From positions 1 through 24,412 of the forward strand of contig JBJKQR010000052.1 of assembly GCA_046735395.1 (NCBI GenBank): 24,412 bases of DNA, in the 5' to 3' direction. Numbering within the stretch: position 1 is the stretch's first letter; each line of letters begins with the position of its first letter. Made by a program: the position numbers and the translations under genes. The notes beneath the pieces are model-generated. The model saw only the letters and a program-made list of their open reading frames with translations, was not told where the DNA came from and made no database searches. Origin of the DNA: Fidelibacterota bacterium (GTDB lineage Bacteria > Fidelibacterota > Fidelibacteria > Fidelibacterales > DSDE01). Of the stretch, positions 8,517 through 18,366 are shown in pieces.

Positions 8517-9500
8517 GCGGGTTAGATGGTTTGCGGGCTGGCGGGGTGATGCGTGGAAGCGGAAGAACGTTTCTTGCCCCGCTTAAAACAGCGGGGTTAA
8601 CGCCGACCGCAAAGGTCGCCAAGGAATATTTTGATCAAGGTTGAGTAAGAAGCAAGATACGGGTCCGACAGGGGCTACTCGATACTCGTTACTGCTAATG
8701 TGTAGATGAGTTGACGAGTTGACGAGTAGACGGGTTGACGGGTAGATGGGGAAGAAACGGAACCGTTGGCAAGTGTGTGGGTTAGCGGGTTTATCGTAGA
8801 AAACCCAATCCTACAATATTATGAAACTGTCATTCCGGACAGCCACGTCCGAGTGAAACGAAGACGGGCGTGATCCGGAATCTCCTAAATTCTGTTGTAC
8901 CCCGGAATCTTGTATACATCGTTAGTCCAGCTGTAGATGAGTAAATGAGTTGACGAGTTGACGGGTAGACGAGTAGACGGGGAAGAAACAGAATTTACCT
9001 CGTCTATAGAATTTCGGCAGAGACGTTGCATACAAGGTCTGTACCCGTCTTAAAGGGCCGTAAACTATCACTCATGTCTTGATTTTATCGGCTTCACTCG
9101 CAACTCGTAAAGCAGATTGCGGATCAGGTCCGCAATGACAGAAGGCTTCGGCTCCGCTCAGCCACCGAGTGATACCACTCAGCCACCGTCGGTTTCGTTC
9201 CTGCCAAAGTTTCACCTTTCACCCCGACGCCCTCTCATCTCGCCTGCCGCGTCGTAGTGAAACGAAGACGGGCTACTCGCAACTCGTTACTCAATACTGT
9301 CGAAGCGAAGCGAAGACGGGTTGACGGGTAGACGGGGAAGAAACGGAATTTACCTCGTCTATAGAATTTCGGCAGAGACGTTGCATACAAGGTCTGTACC
9401 CGTTTTAAAGGGCCGTAAACTATCACTCATGTCTTGATTTTATCGGCTTCACGCAACCCGTAAAGCAGATTGCGGATCAGGTCCGGTTTTTGCCGGACAT
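8517..9500. repeat. intergenic mosaic of REP-like palindromes and short tandem repeats between convergent genes
   Basis: 8-bp tandem GT(A/T)GACG(A/G) units at about 8702-8750, 8933-8982 and 9315-9337. TGTCATT(C/G)CGGAC..TGATCCG(G/C)AATCT palindromes at 8828-8883 and 9114-9140. GTAG-type REP-like palindrome at 9017-9044. CTTCGGCTCCGCTCAGCCACCG at about 9146-9167. Hairpin CCCCGCTTAAAACAGCGGGG at 8577-8596. Confidence 0.8.
8973..9485 (+). repeat. direct repeat of ~160 bp (8973-9132 and 9328-9485)
   Basis: Manual alignment: the copies differ by about 3 substitutions and one 2-bp indel. Confidence 0.95.
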
Positions 9501-9501
9501 G

Positions 9502-12366
9502 TCAGTGGCGGTGTCCTTCACCGTCCCAGTGACGCCGTCCCTCAAACTGGTCGCCATTGGATGCGTTGCCTCTGCGGAAATTATAGGAAAAGCTGAGCAG
9601 TGCATAGCGGCCGACCACATTCGTACTTACATCCAGAATTTCTGTATCCGTCACGGTCCGGTCGATATTATCGCTCTGATTGAACAGATCATAGACAGCA
9701 AAGGTCAGCTCACCGGCGCGGTTTTTCAGGAATTTCACACCGAGGCTCATGTTGTCCACGAGGCTGGACTGGTTGTAATCGGAGGTCATGCCACGGTAGA
9801 ACTGCTGTGAGAGTTCGTTGCGGTACACGACATTGCTCCAGAAATTCCAGTACAGATCCAGGCCTGTCTTCTGCTGGAAGGTGCGGCTTTCGCCGCTGTA
9901 GGGCAGAGTATAGGTGGTCTGCCGGTAGCTGGAGTTGGAACTGAGAGTGAAATCGATCCGTTCGTTCACATTTGAACTGAGAGAGGCCTGCAGGCCAATG
10001 GACGGTGATTTGGCCAGATTCTTCTCACCATTGACGAGGGACGGAGTCTGTGAATAATTGGCGGACACATTCATATTCAGGTTTGAACGCATGAATCCGA
10101 GAGGAATCGAAAAGGCGGTAAAGGCGCCCACGGAATAATAGCCTTTCATATTGACCGGTTCGGAATACTTGCCGCCGCGCATGAGGGAAATCCCGTTGGC
10201 CAGCGTGGTGTCCCGGTCAGCCAGGATGGTGCTGTTTCCGATATAATCCTGTACAAAGCGTGCATTCATCATGAAAAATGTATATTTGCCCCGGCCGCGG
10301 TCCACTTTGTGAAATCCGCCGTGTATGACGGTCTGGACCTGATTGCCAAGCGCCGAATTCCCGTTTTTGATGTTCAGGGGATCGGTGAGATCCGGTGTTT
10401 CCTGCAGCTGATTCAGCGAAGGCGACAGGGAACTCATGCGGACCATCATTCTCAGGTTGCTGCCACTGTCGAATTTGTAACGGATAAAACTTGATCCGAA
10501 CACATTCAGCTGGTCATAGGGAATCGCCTGGGTTGTGGGAAAGGTTTCACTGTATTCACGGTGAATCGAATTGAGTGAGAGATTTCCGTTGATAGAAAAG
10601 GCGTCTTTCTGAAAACGCAGTCCCACACCGCCTTCATGAGCCATCTGGCGGCTCTCGAATACGCTTGAATACAGTGTATCAAGGCGGGAATAAGCCCCGG
10701 AAGCATCTCTGGAATAGGCATGTTTGTCGTTTTTTGAGATAGAATACTGAGGTTCATAGCTCAGCTGCAGACTGACGTATTCACTCAGCGGTTCCGTATA
10801 ATTGATTTCATGATCAAGCTGCAGTTCGTTATTATTGATCCTGGACTGCTGGTCCAGGCTGTCCAGTACCGGGGCATCGCGGAATTCGTGATTGATCTGG
10901 CTGTCATTTCCGTCCTTCAGGCTCTGGTTGATCTGGCTGGATACGGACAGAGTCCGTCCCACCCGGGAAAATTTATGTTTCCAGATGGCATAATTGCTGG
11001 CCTGAGTTGCCGCTATGTCCGCGTGATATTCTGTTGTGTAGGAGTAGGGAGAGATCTCAATCCCGTCGGGCTGAAGCTGCACACCGTGAATAGTCCGGTC
11101 TGTCGTATTCTGCTGATAAACGCCCGAAGGAATGACGGAAATACTGTTGTTTTCATTCAGATCTGCATCCAGGCGCATATTGAAACGATGATTGAAATTT
11201 GCATTGTCCTCGTTCTGATCATAGTTCCATCCCATGGCCGAATCCGATTCCACCAGGCTCTGCTGAAGGATATCGCTCACTGAATTATTATCCTTAGAAT
11301 TGAAAAAATACGAGGCTGTCAGATTGCTGTTCTTATTCAGCTGTCGTGTATAATTCAAGCCGGCCGCATTGACGGTGGACAGGCCGCCTTCACCCGAAAC
11401 CAACCGGGTGACCAGATTATCGCCTCCACGTACGCGATGAACGCCCCCCATCTGTCCGGCGATGTCCATGGAGGAAAAATTGCTGCTGCCGGTATTATTG
11501 CTCTGGGCCGTCAGGCTCAACCGGTCCTCTTTCCGAAAGAGGTTCAGCTTCCCATTGGCCGCATAACGATTCTGATCACCGGCTCCCGCCGAAAAGTCCC
11601 CGAAGGCGCCATGCTTGAATTTTGCCTTGGTGGTCAGGTTCACCGCCTTGGACGTGTTGCCGTCATCAAAACCGGTAAATTTTGCCTGCTCGCTCTGCTC
11701 GTCGTAAATCGAAACCTGCTGAATTATTTCGGCAGGAATATTTTTCAGCGCCGCGCTGGGATCATTACCGAAAAAAGGCCGGTTATCCACCAATACCTTT
11801 TTCACCTCTTCGCCCTGCACCGACACTTTTGACCCTTCAATCGTGGCGCCGGGAACCTTTTTCATCAGGTCCTCGGCTGTCGCATCCGGGGCGGTGTGGA
11901 AATTATCCGTATTGTATACCGCCGTGTCCCCCTTCACCGTGGCAATGATGCGGGAATCCACCACATTCACCTGGTCCATGGCAATGGCCGTCGGCTCCAG
12001 AAGCAGTTTCCCGAAATTCACCTGATTGCGGTCGAGATGAAATCCTCGGATCAGGGGCTTATAGCCCACGTAGGTTACTTTCAGAATATATTCACCGGGG
12101 AAAATGCGCATGAAGGAAAAATAACCGTCATCATCACTGAAGCCGCCCTCGACCAATGTGGAATCCAGAGAATTCAGCACCAGCACGGCAGCGCCGGACA
12201 AGGCCTCATTCTTCTGATTATAAACCTGGCCTGTCACCAGCCTCGGACCCATTATAATCCGCGGCTGCGCATTCAGCGCCTGTCCTGAAAGCAGAATCAT
12301 TAAAAACAGAAACAGCATCCGGATTATTCCATACCGTGCCTTCAATTTTCCATATCGAATCTTCAT
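9502..12366 (-). CDS. outer membrane beta-barrel / TonB-dependent receptor-like protein with N-terminal carboxypeptidase regulatory-like domain (about 954 aa)
   Basis: ATG at 12366 preceded by AGGAG, followed by a signal peptide. 'VTGQVYNQKNEALSGAAV...GEYILKVTYVGYK', plug-like 'KGDTAVYN...AEDLMKKVPG...VLVDNRPFFGNDP..ALKNIPAEII', 'DPLNIKNGNSAL', and terminal strand 'GRYALLSFSYNF'. Confidence 0.88.
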   Translation of the reverse strand: MKIRYGKLKARYGIIRMLFLFLMILLSGQALNAQPRIIMGPRLVTGQVYNQKNEALSGAAVLVLNSLDSTLVEGGFSDDDGYFSFMRIFPGEYILKVTYVGYKPLIRGFHLDRNQVNFGKLLLEPTAIAMDQVNVVDSRIIATVKGDTAVYNTDNFHTAPDATAEDLMKKVPGATIEGSKVSVQGEEVKKVLVDNRPFFGNDPSAALKNIPAEIIQQVSIYDEQSEQAKFTGFDDGNTSKAVNLTTKAKFKHGAFGDFSAGAGDQNRYAANGKLNLFRKEDRLSLTAQSNNTGSSNFSSMDIAGQMGGVHRVRGGDNLVTRLVSGEGGLSTVNAAGLNYTRQLNKNSNLTASYFFNSKDNNSVSDILQQSLVESDSAMGWNYDQNEDNANFNHRFNMRLDADLNENNSISVIPSGVYQQNTTDRTIHGVQLQPDGIEISPYSYTTEYHADIAATQASNYAIWKHKFSRVGRTLSVSSQINQSLKDGNDSQINHEFRDAPVLDSLDQQSRINNNELQLDHEINYTEPLSEYVSLQLSYEPQYSISKNDKHAYSRDASGAYSRLDTLYSSVFESRQMAHEGGVGLRFQKDAFSINGNLSLNSIHREYSETFPTTQAIPYDQLNVFGSSFIRYKFDSGSNLRMMVRMSSLSPSLNQLQETPDLTDPLNIKNGNSALGNQVQTVIHGGFHKVDRGRGKYTFFMMNARFVQDYIGNSTILADRDTTLANGISLMRGGKYSEPVNMKGYYSVGAFTAFSIPLGFMRSNLNMNVSANYSQTPSLVNGEKNLAKSPSIGLQASLSSNVNERIDFTLSSNSSYRQTTYTLPYSGESRTFQQKTGLDLYWNFWSNVVYRNELSQQFYRGMTSDYNQSSLVDNMSLGVKFLKNRAGELTFAVYDLFNQSDNIDRTVTDTEILDVSTNVVGRYALLSFSYNFRRGNASNGDQFEGRRHWDGEGHRH

Positions 12367-12704
12367 GTACACTCCTGTCTGAATCATATTCTTAGACACC
12401 GGAAAATTACATAGGTTAGCAGGAATTATCAAGCAAAGAGAATCCCCCGTGAAATAATCGCGAAAGTGTAAATTTTTCATCGGTTTCACGGTGACAAACC
12501 GCAGAAGTGTCAACAGACCGGCCGAATGTATCTAATCTGAACCTTTTAAAGGGTGATTATCATCTTGAATCGGAATGGCGTCCCGTTTATATTGTTTTAT
12601 ATTGAACACATCGGGGAAATTTCGATTCAAGAATTCCTTTTCCTGATCTCATAACGAAGCTAGACAGTTGACTCCTCGTTTCCAAAGCTGAAGAAGGAGA
12701 GCCA

Positions 12705-15700
12705 ATGATGGGAAAATGCTCAAACCTGTTTAAGGTCACGGTCACGACATGTCTAAGTATTTTCATGTTCATGACAGCGTACGGCCAGAATCCGGCAGAT
12801 GTCATTCTCGCTGAACCGGAAGAGGTGACATCTCACACAATGACAGTTTCATGGGAGGCGAGTGAGGACATTGATTTCGGAGAGTACAGGCTGTTCAGGA
12901 ACACAGCATCGCCGGTCGATACGAGCTCGGACCTGCTGTCTGTCATTACTGACCGGAACACCCTCTCTTTTAATGATACCGAATTACATGTTTCCACGTA
13001 CTACTATTACAAAATATATGTCGTAAACAGCGATGGAACGGTAAGCAGCGGAAGCAATGAAGTGAACGCCTCCACCGCTGCAAATGCCTATCCATTCGCA
13101 GACGGTGCCGAAGACCGGCCCGAACTGAAATGGTTTGCGGACTCTCCCTGGGGACTGTCCGAATCCAATCCGGAGGAAGGATTGCAGTGCTGGACAGAAA
13201 GCCCGGAGGGAAGCTACGCGAATCTGGAAGACGCCTCTCTGACCCTCCATATTGATCTGTCATCGGCCCTCATGCCCGTGCTCAGCTTCTGGACGCGCTA
13301 CAGCACCCAGGTGAACCAGGATTACGGGCGTGTGGAGATCAGCCTGAACGGGACGACCTGGCAGATCGCAGGTTACTGGTCGGGATCCCAGTCCACGTGG
13401 AAAAAAATGACCATTGACCTCACACCCTGGGCCCTGTCTGAGGATGTACGGATCCGCTGGCGCTTCACCTCCGGCAGCTCGACCGTGAGCGACGGCTGGT
13501 ATATCGACAATATCCGGGTAGAGGAAAGCAGCTCAACTGGCCTTCCCTACCCCTTTTTCGAAAATTTTGATGATTCGCTCAGCCATGACAACTGGTTCGG
13601 CGGACAATGGCTGATCATGCCGGGAGGCCGGGGTGAATCCAGCCTCATTCATGATTCGCCCACCGGGAACTATCTGCAGAGCGAAGGCGGCCTGGGCGGC
13701 GACAATCCCAACAGCTTCTCAAATCTGACCACTTCCGGCGTTCTGGACCTGACCTATGCGGTGGATCCGGTCCTCACTTTCTTTCAGAAATACGATATCT
13801 GCGGCGGTGTGAGCGGTTATGACAGTGAACGGGATTACGGACGTGTCTATATCTCAACCAGCTACGGGCTTCCCGGCACCTGGATACAGATCTACACCGT
13901 CAATGGCAGCAATACGGGCAGCTGGCAGCGCGTGGAACTTGATCTGAGCGGCTATGAAGTTCCCAATGTCCGCCTGCGCTTTGCCCTGGATGACAACCGG
14001 GACGGAAATAACAACTGGGGCGATGAATCCACAAACGGAAACGGCTGGTGGATGGATGACATCCATCTCGAGAACAGGCCTGCTTTTGTCACCCTGCAGA
14101 CACCGTCCGATTCGTCTCTGCACGGTGCGACCCTGACCTGGAATAAAAATAATGATACGGATTTCAACCGCTATGAAATATTCCGCAGCACAAGCTCCTC
14201 AGTTGACCGGAGCAGTCCGCTGCTGGCAACCATCACGGATCAGAATACCACCAGCTACCGGGATGATTTTCAGCTGCTTCAGCCCGTTCATTATTATTAC
14301 CGCATGTATGTGACAGACGATTTCGGCACCCTGTCCAAAGGCAGTAATACCGTCATGGCGGATTACAGCATTCCCGAACTGGAATTTCCCTTTTCGGACA
14401 GTGTAACCGCTGCATCAACGGAAAAATGGGCTTACAGTTCGCCCTGGGGACTGAGCACGGATGCCGCCCACAGCGGAACCCACAGCTGGTCGGACAGCCC
14501 GGGCTCGAATTACGCTCCGAATTCAAATACAGCTCTGACCACATTCATAAACCTGGCCGGCTCACTGACCCCCGTGCTCCGCTTCTGGCATAATTACGCT
14601 CTGGAATCGGGAATTGACTGGGGATATGTGGAAATTTCCACCAATGACGGCCTGAACTGGACAACGATTCACAAAGTGACGGGAATTGAACCGAACTGGA
14701 ATGAGGAACGCATTGATCTGACTTCCTATGTGGGCCAGCGCATCGGCCTGCGCTTCCGTCTGGTATCGAACGGGGAAAATCAGCTGGACGGCTGGTCTAT
14801 TGATGATATCAGCATGGAGGATGAAAGCCGTATCGTGGGCTATCCATTTTATGATGATATGGAAAACGGCATCGGCAACTGGTACATGGATTCGCCCTGG
14901 AGCCTGACCCGGGTGAATGCCCATTCGGATTCAAGCTGCTGGACAGACAGCCCGGCCGGCTCCTACAGCAACAATGCCAATACTTCGCTCACTTTACATA
15001 TTGACCTTTCCACTGCTCTCATGCCCATGCTTCGCTTCTGGACTCTCTATGCTACCGAAATCAATCAGGACTATGCCCGGGTTGAAATCAGCCCGAATGG
15101 AAGCAGCTGGGTCGTCTTGGGCTACTGGTCCGGATCCCGTTCAACCTGGAAGGAAATTACGATTGACCTCACACCCTGGCAGGGCAATAACGACGTACGT
15201 ATCCGCTGGCGCTTCACTTCGGGGAGCTCGACTGTGAGCGATGGCTGGTATATTGATGATATTGCCATCGACGAGACACCTGTAACCACCCTGCCCTACC
15301 CATTCTTTGATAACTTTGATGACAGCGGCAGCCTGAAGAACTGGCACTTCGCTCAATGGGACTTCGTGAACGGAGGCAGCAGCGGGCCCTACTGCATCCA
15401 CGATTCACCCACAGGCAATTATCTGTCTTCGGAAGGCGGTCTGGGCGGTGACAATCCCAATTCCTTCACGGCGCTCACCACATCCGGCGTCATTGACCTG
15501 AGCGCGTCGGACAATCCGGTACTGACTTTCAATTATAAATATGATATTGAGGATGGCGTGTCGGGCTATGATTCCCAGAGAGATTACGGACGCGTGTATC
15601 TGTCCACAAACTATGGCCAGCCCGGAACCTGGGTACAGATGTTCATCTTCAACGGCACCCAAACCAGCACCTGGTCGCATGCAGTCATCGACCTGTCCGG

Positions 15701-18359
15701 ATACCGGATACCGAATCTGCGCTTCCGCTTTATAATGGATGACAACCGGGACGGCAACAACAATTGGGGCGATGAGTCAAAAACTTCCAACGGCTGGTGG
15801 ATCGATGACATCGCCATTCATAATAATTTTTCATCCTGGAATATTGTGAACGAAGCTGTACTGGAAGGCCCGGCCTTTATTGCCACAAATCTATTTGAAG
15901 CAACGGAACGAATTTACGCAAGGGTTTACGAACCCGGAATAACGGATGCGGAAGGCCAGGGAGCGGGAATTCAGGGACAGCTGGGCTACGGGCCCGATGG
16001 CGTACCGCCGGACTCCACCTGGATATGGGATTTCCCCGCTTCCTATCTGGAGGACGATGGAAATTATGATCGATATTATGCCAGTTTATCCGTCGGTGAC
16101 AGTCTGGGAAACTATGATTTCGCCTTCCGATTCCGCATCGGATCGGACAATCCCTGGATCTACGCCGATATAGACGGAAATGACATGGGATCGGGGGGAT
16201 TCAACATATTTACGCCCGATCATGCCGGTGATCTGCTGGTTACAGAAAGTCCGGACATGGAATGCCGAACGGGCAGTATCATGAAAGTGCTTCCGGTAAA
16301 CCAGATCGAGAACATTGATTTCCGCCTGGTCAACCACGGTCCCGGATCACTGCGCTACACCATTGTGGAATGTGACTCCTCAGGACAGCTCACGGATTAT
16401 CCCTGGCTGGCGGTCAACAGGCCGCAGAATACTCTTCCGCCGGCGACGGAGTTCCCGGTGACGCTCACCCTGGACCCGACCGCTCTTGATTCGGACAGTA
16501 CTTACCTCGGTACTCTGGAAATCCGCGGCAATGATCCGGACGAACCGGTTCACCGGATAGGAGTCACTCTGAACACACTGGCCGATGATGCGGAGGCGCT
16601 GAAAGGCTATGTGCAGGGAAGCGAGCACTCCCGCTTCGAACAGATGGCCTGTGTAGAAATTTATCAGGGAGATTCTCTGCTGCAGACAGTGACCACCCGC
16701 AGCAACGGGTATTTCTCCATTTACGGGCTGGAACCCGGCTTCTATGATTTACGTGCCTGGTGCAGAGGATATTATACCCGGTTTGTTCCGAATGTCCGCC
16801 TGCCGCAGACACAGACTCTGAAAATAAACATGGGCGAGATTTCCCCGGTAACCGCGACGGATCACTGGGCTGACTATTACAGTTCGGCCACATTTTACAA
16901 CGGACGCTTTGTTCGTCCCGGAGATGTGGTCACGGCGAGAGATGCGGACGGAACACTCTGCGGCATATATTACGTCACGACGCCCGGAAGCTACGGACTC
17001 ATGCATGTCTATGGGGACGACCCTGCCACCCCGGACGTGGACGAGGGTGCCGCAGCCGATGATTCGCTCAGCTTTTTCATAAACAATTTTCCGGCAATAT
17101 CCGAGGTGTCCACGCTGTGGACGGAAGGTCTGCATGAACTGAATCTGAACGCCTTTGCCCGGGATATCATCTCTCTGCGTCCAGGCTATAATCTCATCTC
17201 CTTTTCTTCGGTACCCCGTGACAGCAGTATCCGGGATATCCTCGCCTCCATTGACGGACGATATTCCATGGTGAAGGGTTTTGATATGGAATGGGGTGGC
17301 GCCGGAACCTATGTGGACAGCCTGGCCGGACAGGGCTTCAATGACCTTCACAGCATGGATGCCCTTCATGGCTACTGGATATTCATGAATGAAGCCGCCA
17401 CGCTGACCATTGACGGAGACAATATTCCCGAGGCCACACCCATACTGCTGGACCAGGGCTGGAATCTCATCAGTTACCTGCCGGAACGGAGCCTTGAACC
17501 CGAGGCGGTTCTCGGGTCCGTCTCAGGCCTCTATACCACGCTCAACGGTTTTGATGCAGCCGGTGCCCACACCTATGTTCCGGGCAGTCAATTCAGCGAT
17601 CTGAAACAGATGGTAAACGGGTTCGGCTACTGGATAATAATGATTCAGCCAGCTATTCTGCAGTACGGTGTCAGTCAGAGGGGAAAATCTGCTCTGCCTC
17701 AATTGCCCGCCACGATTTCCTCCCTGCAGGCAACACCGGACTGGTGCGACCTGTACGGAACGATTACATTGAACGGAACGCCCCTCCCACCGGGTACGGA
17801 AATAAGCGTGGCAGATCCGGATCAGGTGCTCTGCGGCTCATGCATTGTCAGCCGTGAAGGCCAATACGGGTTTCTCCATATTTACGGCGATGATCCTGCC
17901 ACGGAGGACATTGACGAAGGTGCACGGAATGGGGATGAACTGACACTTCTGCTGGATGACCAACCCGTATTCACTGCGGACCACATGCCCCTGGTCTGGC
18001 AGAAAAGCAGTCTGCCCTTACGCCGGAATCTGGATCTGAGCATGAGCGCGACAGCCCTTGATGCCGCCTCAGATCTGCCGCGGACCTGGGAGCTGGCACA
18101 GAACTATCCCAACCCATTCAATCCCGACACCCGGATCGACTATCAGCTTCCGGAAGCAGCTGTCATCACCCTGACCGTCTACACGATTCATGGCCGGGCA
18201 GTCCGCACCCTGGCAGACGGACTCAGGCCCGCCGGATATTACGAGGTCATATGGGATGGACGGGATGAGAACGGACGAGCCGTGGCTTCGGGTGTTTATC
18301 TTTTCCGCCTGAGCTCTCCAGACTACAGCAAAACCCACAAGATGCTGCTCATCAAATAG
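12705..18359 (+). CDS. very large secreted modular surface protein (1884 aa): FN3 domains, repeated immune-inhibitor-A/MAM-like jelly-roll modules, carboxypeptidase regulatory-like domain, FlgD-Ig/T9SS-type tail
   Basis: AGGAG RBS and signal peptide. Two FN3-like units ('TVSWEAS...YYYKIYVV', 'TLTWNKN...YYYRMYVT') and five 'PVL.F....DYG.VEIS...W....IDL....RFRF...GW.IDDI' modules. Tail 'QNYPNPFNPDTRIDY...VASGVYLFRL...HKMLLIK'. Confidence 0.92.
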   Translation: MMGKCSNLFKVTVTTCLSIFMFMTAYGQNPADVILAEPEEVTSHTMTVSWEASEDIDFGEYRLFRNTASPVDTSSDLLSVITDRNTLSFNDTELHVSTYYYYKIYVVNSDGTVSSGSNEVNASTAANAYPFADGAEDRPELKWFADSPWGLSESNPEEGLQCWTESPEGSYANLEDASLTLHIDLSSALMPVLSFWTRYSTQVNQDYGRVEISLNGTTWQIAGYWSGSQSTWKKMTIDLTPWALSEDVRIRWRFTSGSSTVSDGWYIDNIRVEESSSTGLPYPFFENFDDSLSHDNWFGGQWLIMPGGRGESSLIHDSPTGNYLQSEGGLGGDNPNSFSNLTTSGVLDLTYAVDPVLTFFQKYDICGGVSGYDSERDYGRVYISTSYGLPGTWIQIYTVNGSNTGSWQRVELDLSGYEVPNVRLRFALDDNRDGNNNWGDESTNGNGWWMDDIHLENRPAFVTLQTPSDSSLHGATLTWNKNNDTDFNRYEIFRSTSSSVDRSSPLLATITDQNTTSYRDDFQLLQPVHYYYRMYVTDDFGTLSKGSNTVMADYSIPELEFPFSDSVTAASTEKWAYSSPWGLSTDAAHSGTHSWSDSPGSNYAPNSNTALTTFINLAGSLTPVLRFWHNYALESGIDWGYVEISTNDGLNWTTIHKVTGIEPNWNEERIDLTSYVGQRIGLRFRLVSNGENQLDGWSIDDISMEDESRIVGYPFYDDMENGIGNWYMDSPWSLTRVNAHSDSSCWTDSPAGSYSNNANTSLTLHIDLSTALMPMLRFWTLYATEINQDYARVEISPNGSSWVVLGYWSGSRSTWKEITIDLTPWQGNNDVRIRWRFTSGSSTVSDGWYIDDIAIDETPVTTLPYPFFDNFDDSGSLKNWHFAQWDFVNGGSSGPYCIHDSPTGNYLSSEGGLGGDNPNSFTALTTSGVIDLSASDNPVLTFNYKYDIEDGVSGYDSQRDYGRVYLSTNYGQPGTWVQMFIFNGTQTSTWSHAVIDLSGYRIPNLRFRFIMDDNRDGNNNWGDESKTSNGWWIDDIAIHNNFSSWNIVNEAVLEGPAFIATNLFEATERIYARVYEPGITDAEGQGAGIQGQLGYGPDGVPPDSTWIWDFPASYLEDDGNYDRYYASLSVGDSLGNYDFAFRFRIGSDNPWIYADIDGNDMGSGGFNIFTPDHAGDLLVTESPDMECRTGSIMKVLPVNQIENIDFRLVNHGPGSLRYTIVECDSSGQLTDYPWLAVNRPQNTLPPATEFPVTLTLDPTALDSDSTYLGTLEIRGNDPDEPVHRIGVTLNTLADDAEALKGYVQGSEHSRFEQMACVEIYQGDSLLQTVTTRSNGYFSIYGLEPGFYDLRAWCRGYYTRFVPNVRLPQTQTLKINMGEISPVTATDHWADYYSSATFYNGRFVRPGDVVTARDADGTLCGIYYVTTPGSYGLMHVYGDDPATPDVDEGAAADDSLSFFINNFPAISEVSTLWTEGLHELNLNAFARDIISLRPGYNLISFSSVPRDSSIRDILASIDGRYSMVKGFDMEWGGAGTYVDSLAGQGFNDLHSMDALHGYWIFMNEAATLTIDGDNIPEATPILLDQGWNLISYLPERSLEPEAVLGSVSGLYTTLNGFDAAGAHTYVPGSQFSDLKQMVNGFGYWIIMIQPAILQYGVSQRGKSALPQLPATISSLQATPDWCDLYGTITLNGTPLPPGTEISVADPDQVLCGSCIVSREGQYGFLHIYGDDPATEDIDEGARNGDELTLLLDDQPVFTADHMPLVWQKSSLPLRRNLDLSMSATALDAASDLPRTWELAQNYPNPFNPDTRIDYQLPEAAVITLTVYTIHGRAVRTLADGLRPAGYYEVIWDGRDENGRAVASGVYLFRLSSPDYSKTHKMLLIK

Positions 18360-18366
18360 GCCCGCC

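Noticed and set aside
8973..9485. Second CRISPR array or IS element with terminal repeats
   Set aside because: Only two long copies, no regular repeat-spacer pattern, and no transposase ORF; the 63-aa ORF at 9235-9426 is translated repeat sequence.
12367..12513. N-terminal extension of the beta-barrel ORF from TTG 12513
   Set aside because: A good RBS and signal peptide point to ATG 12366.
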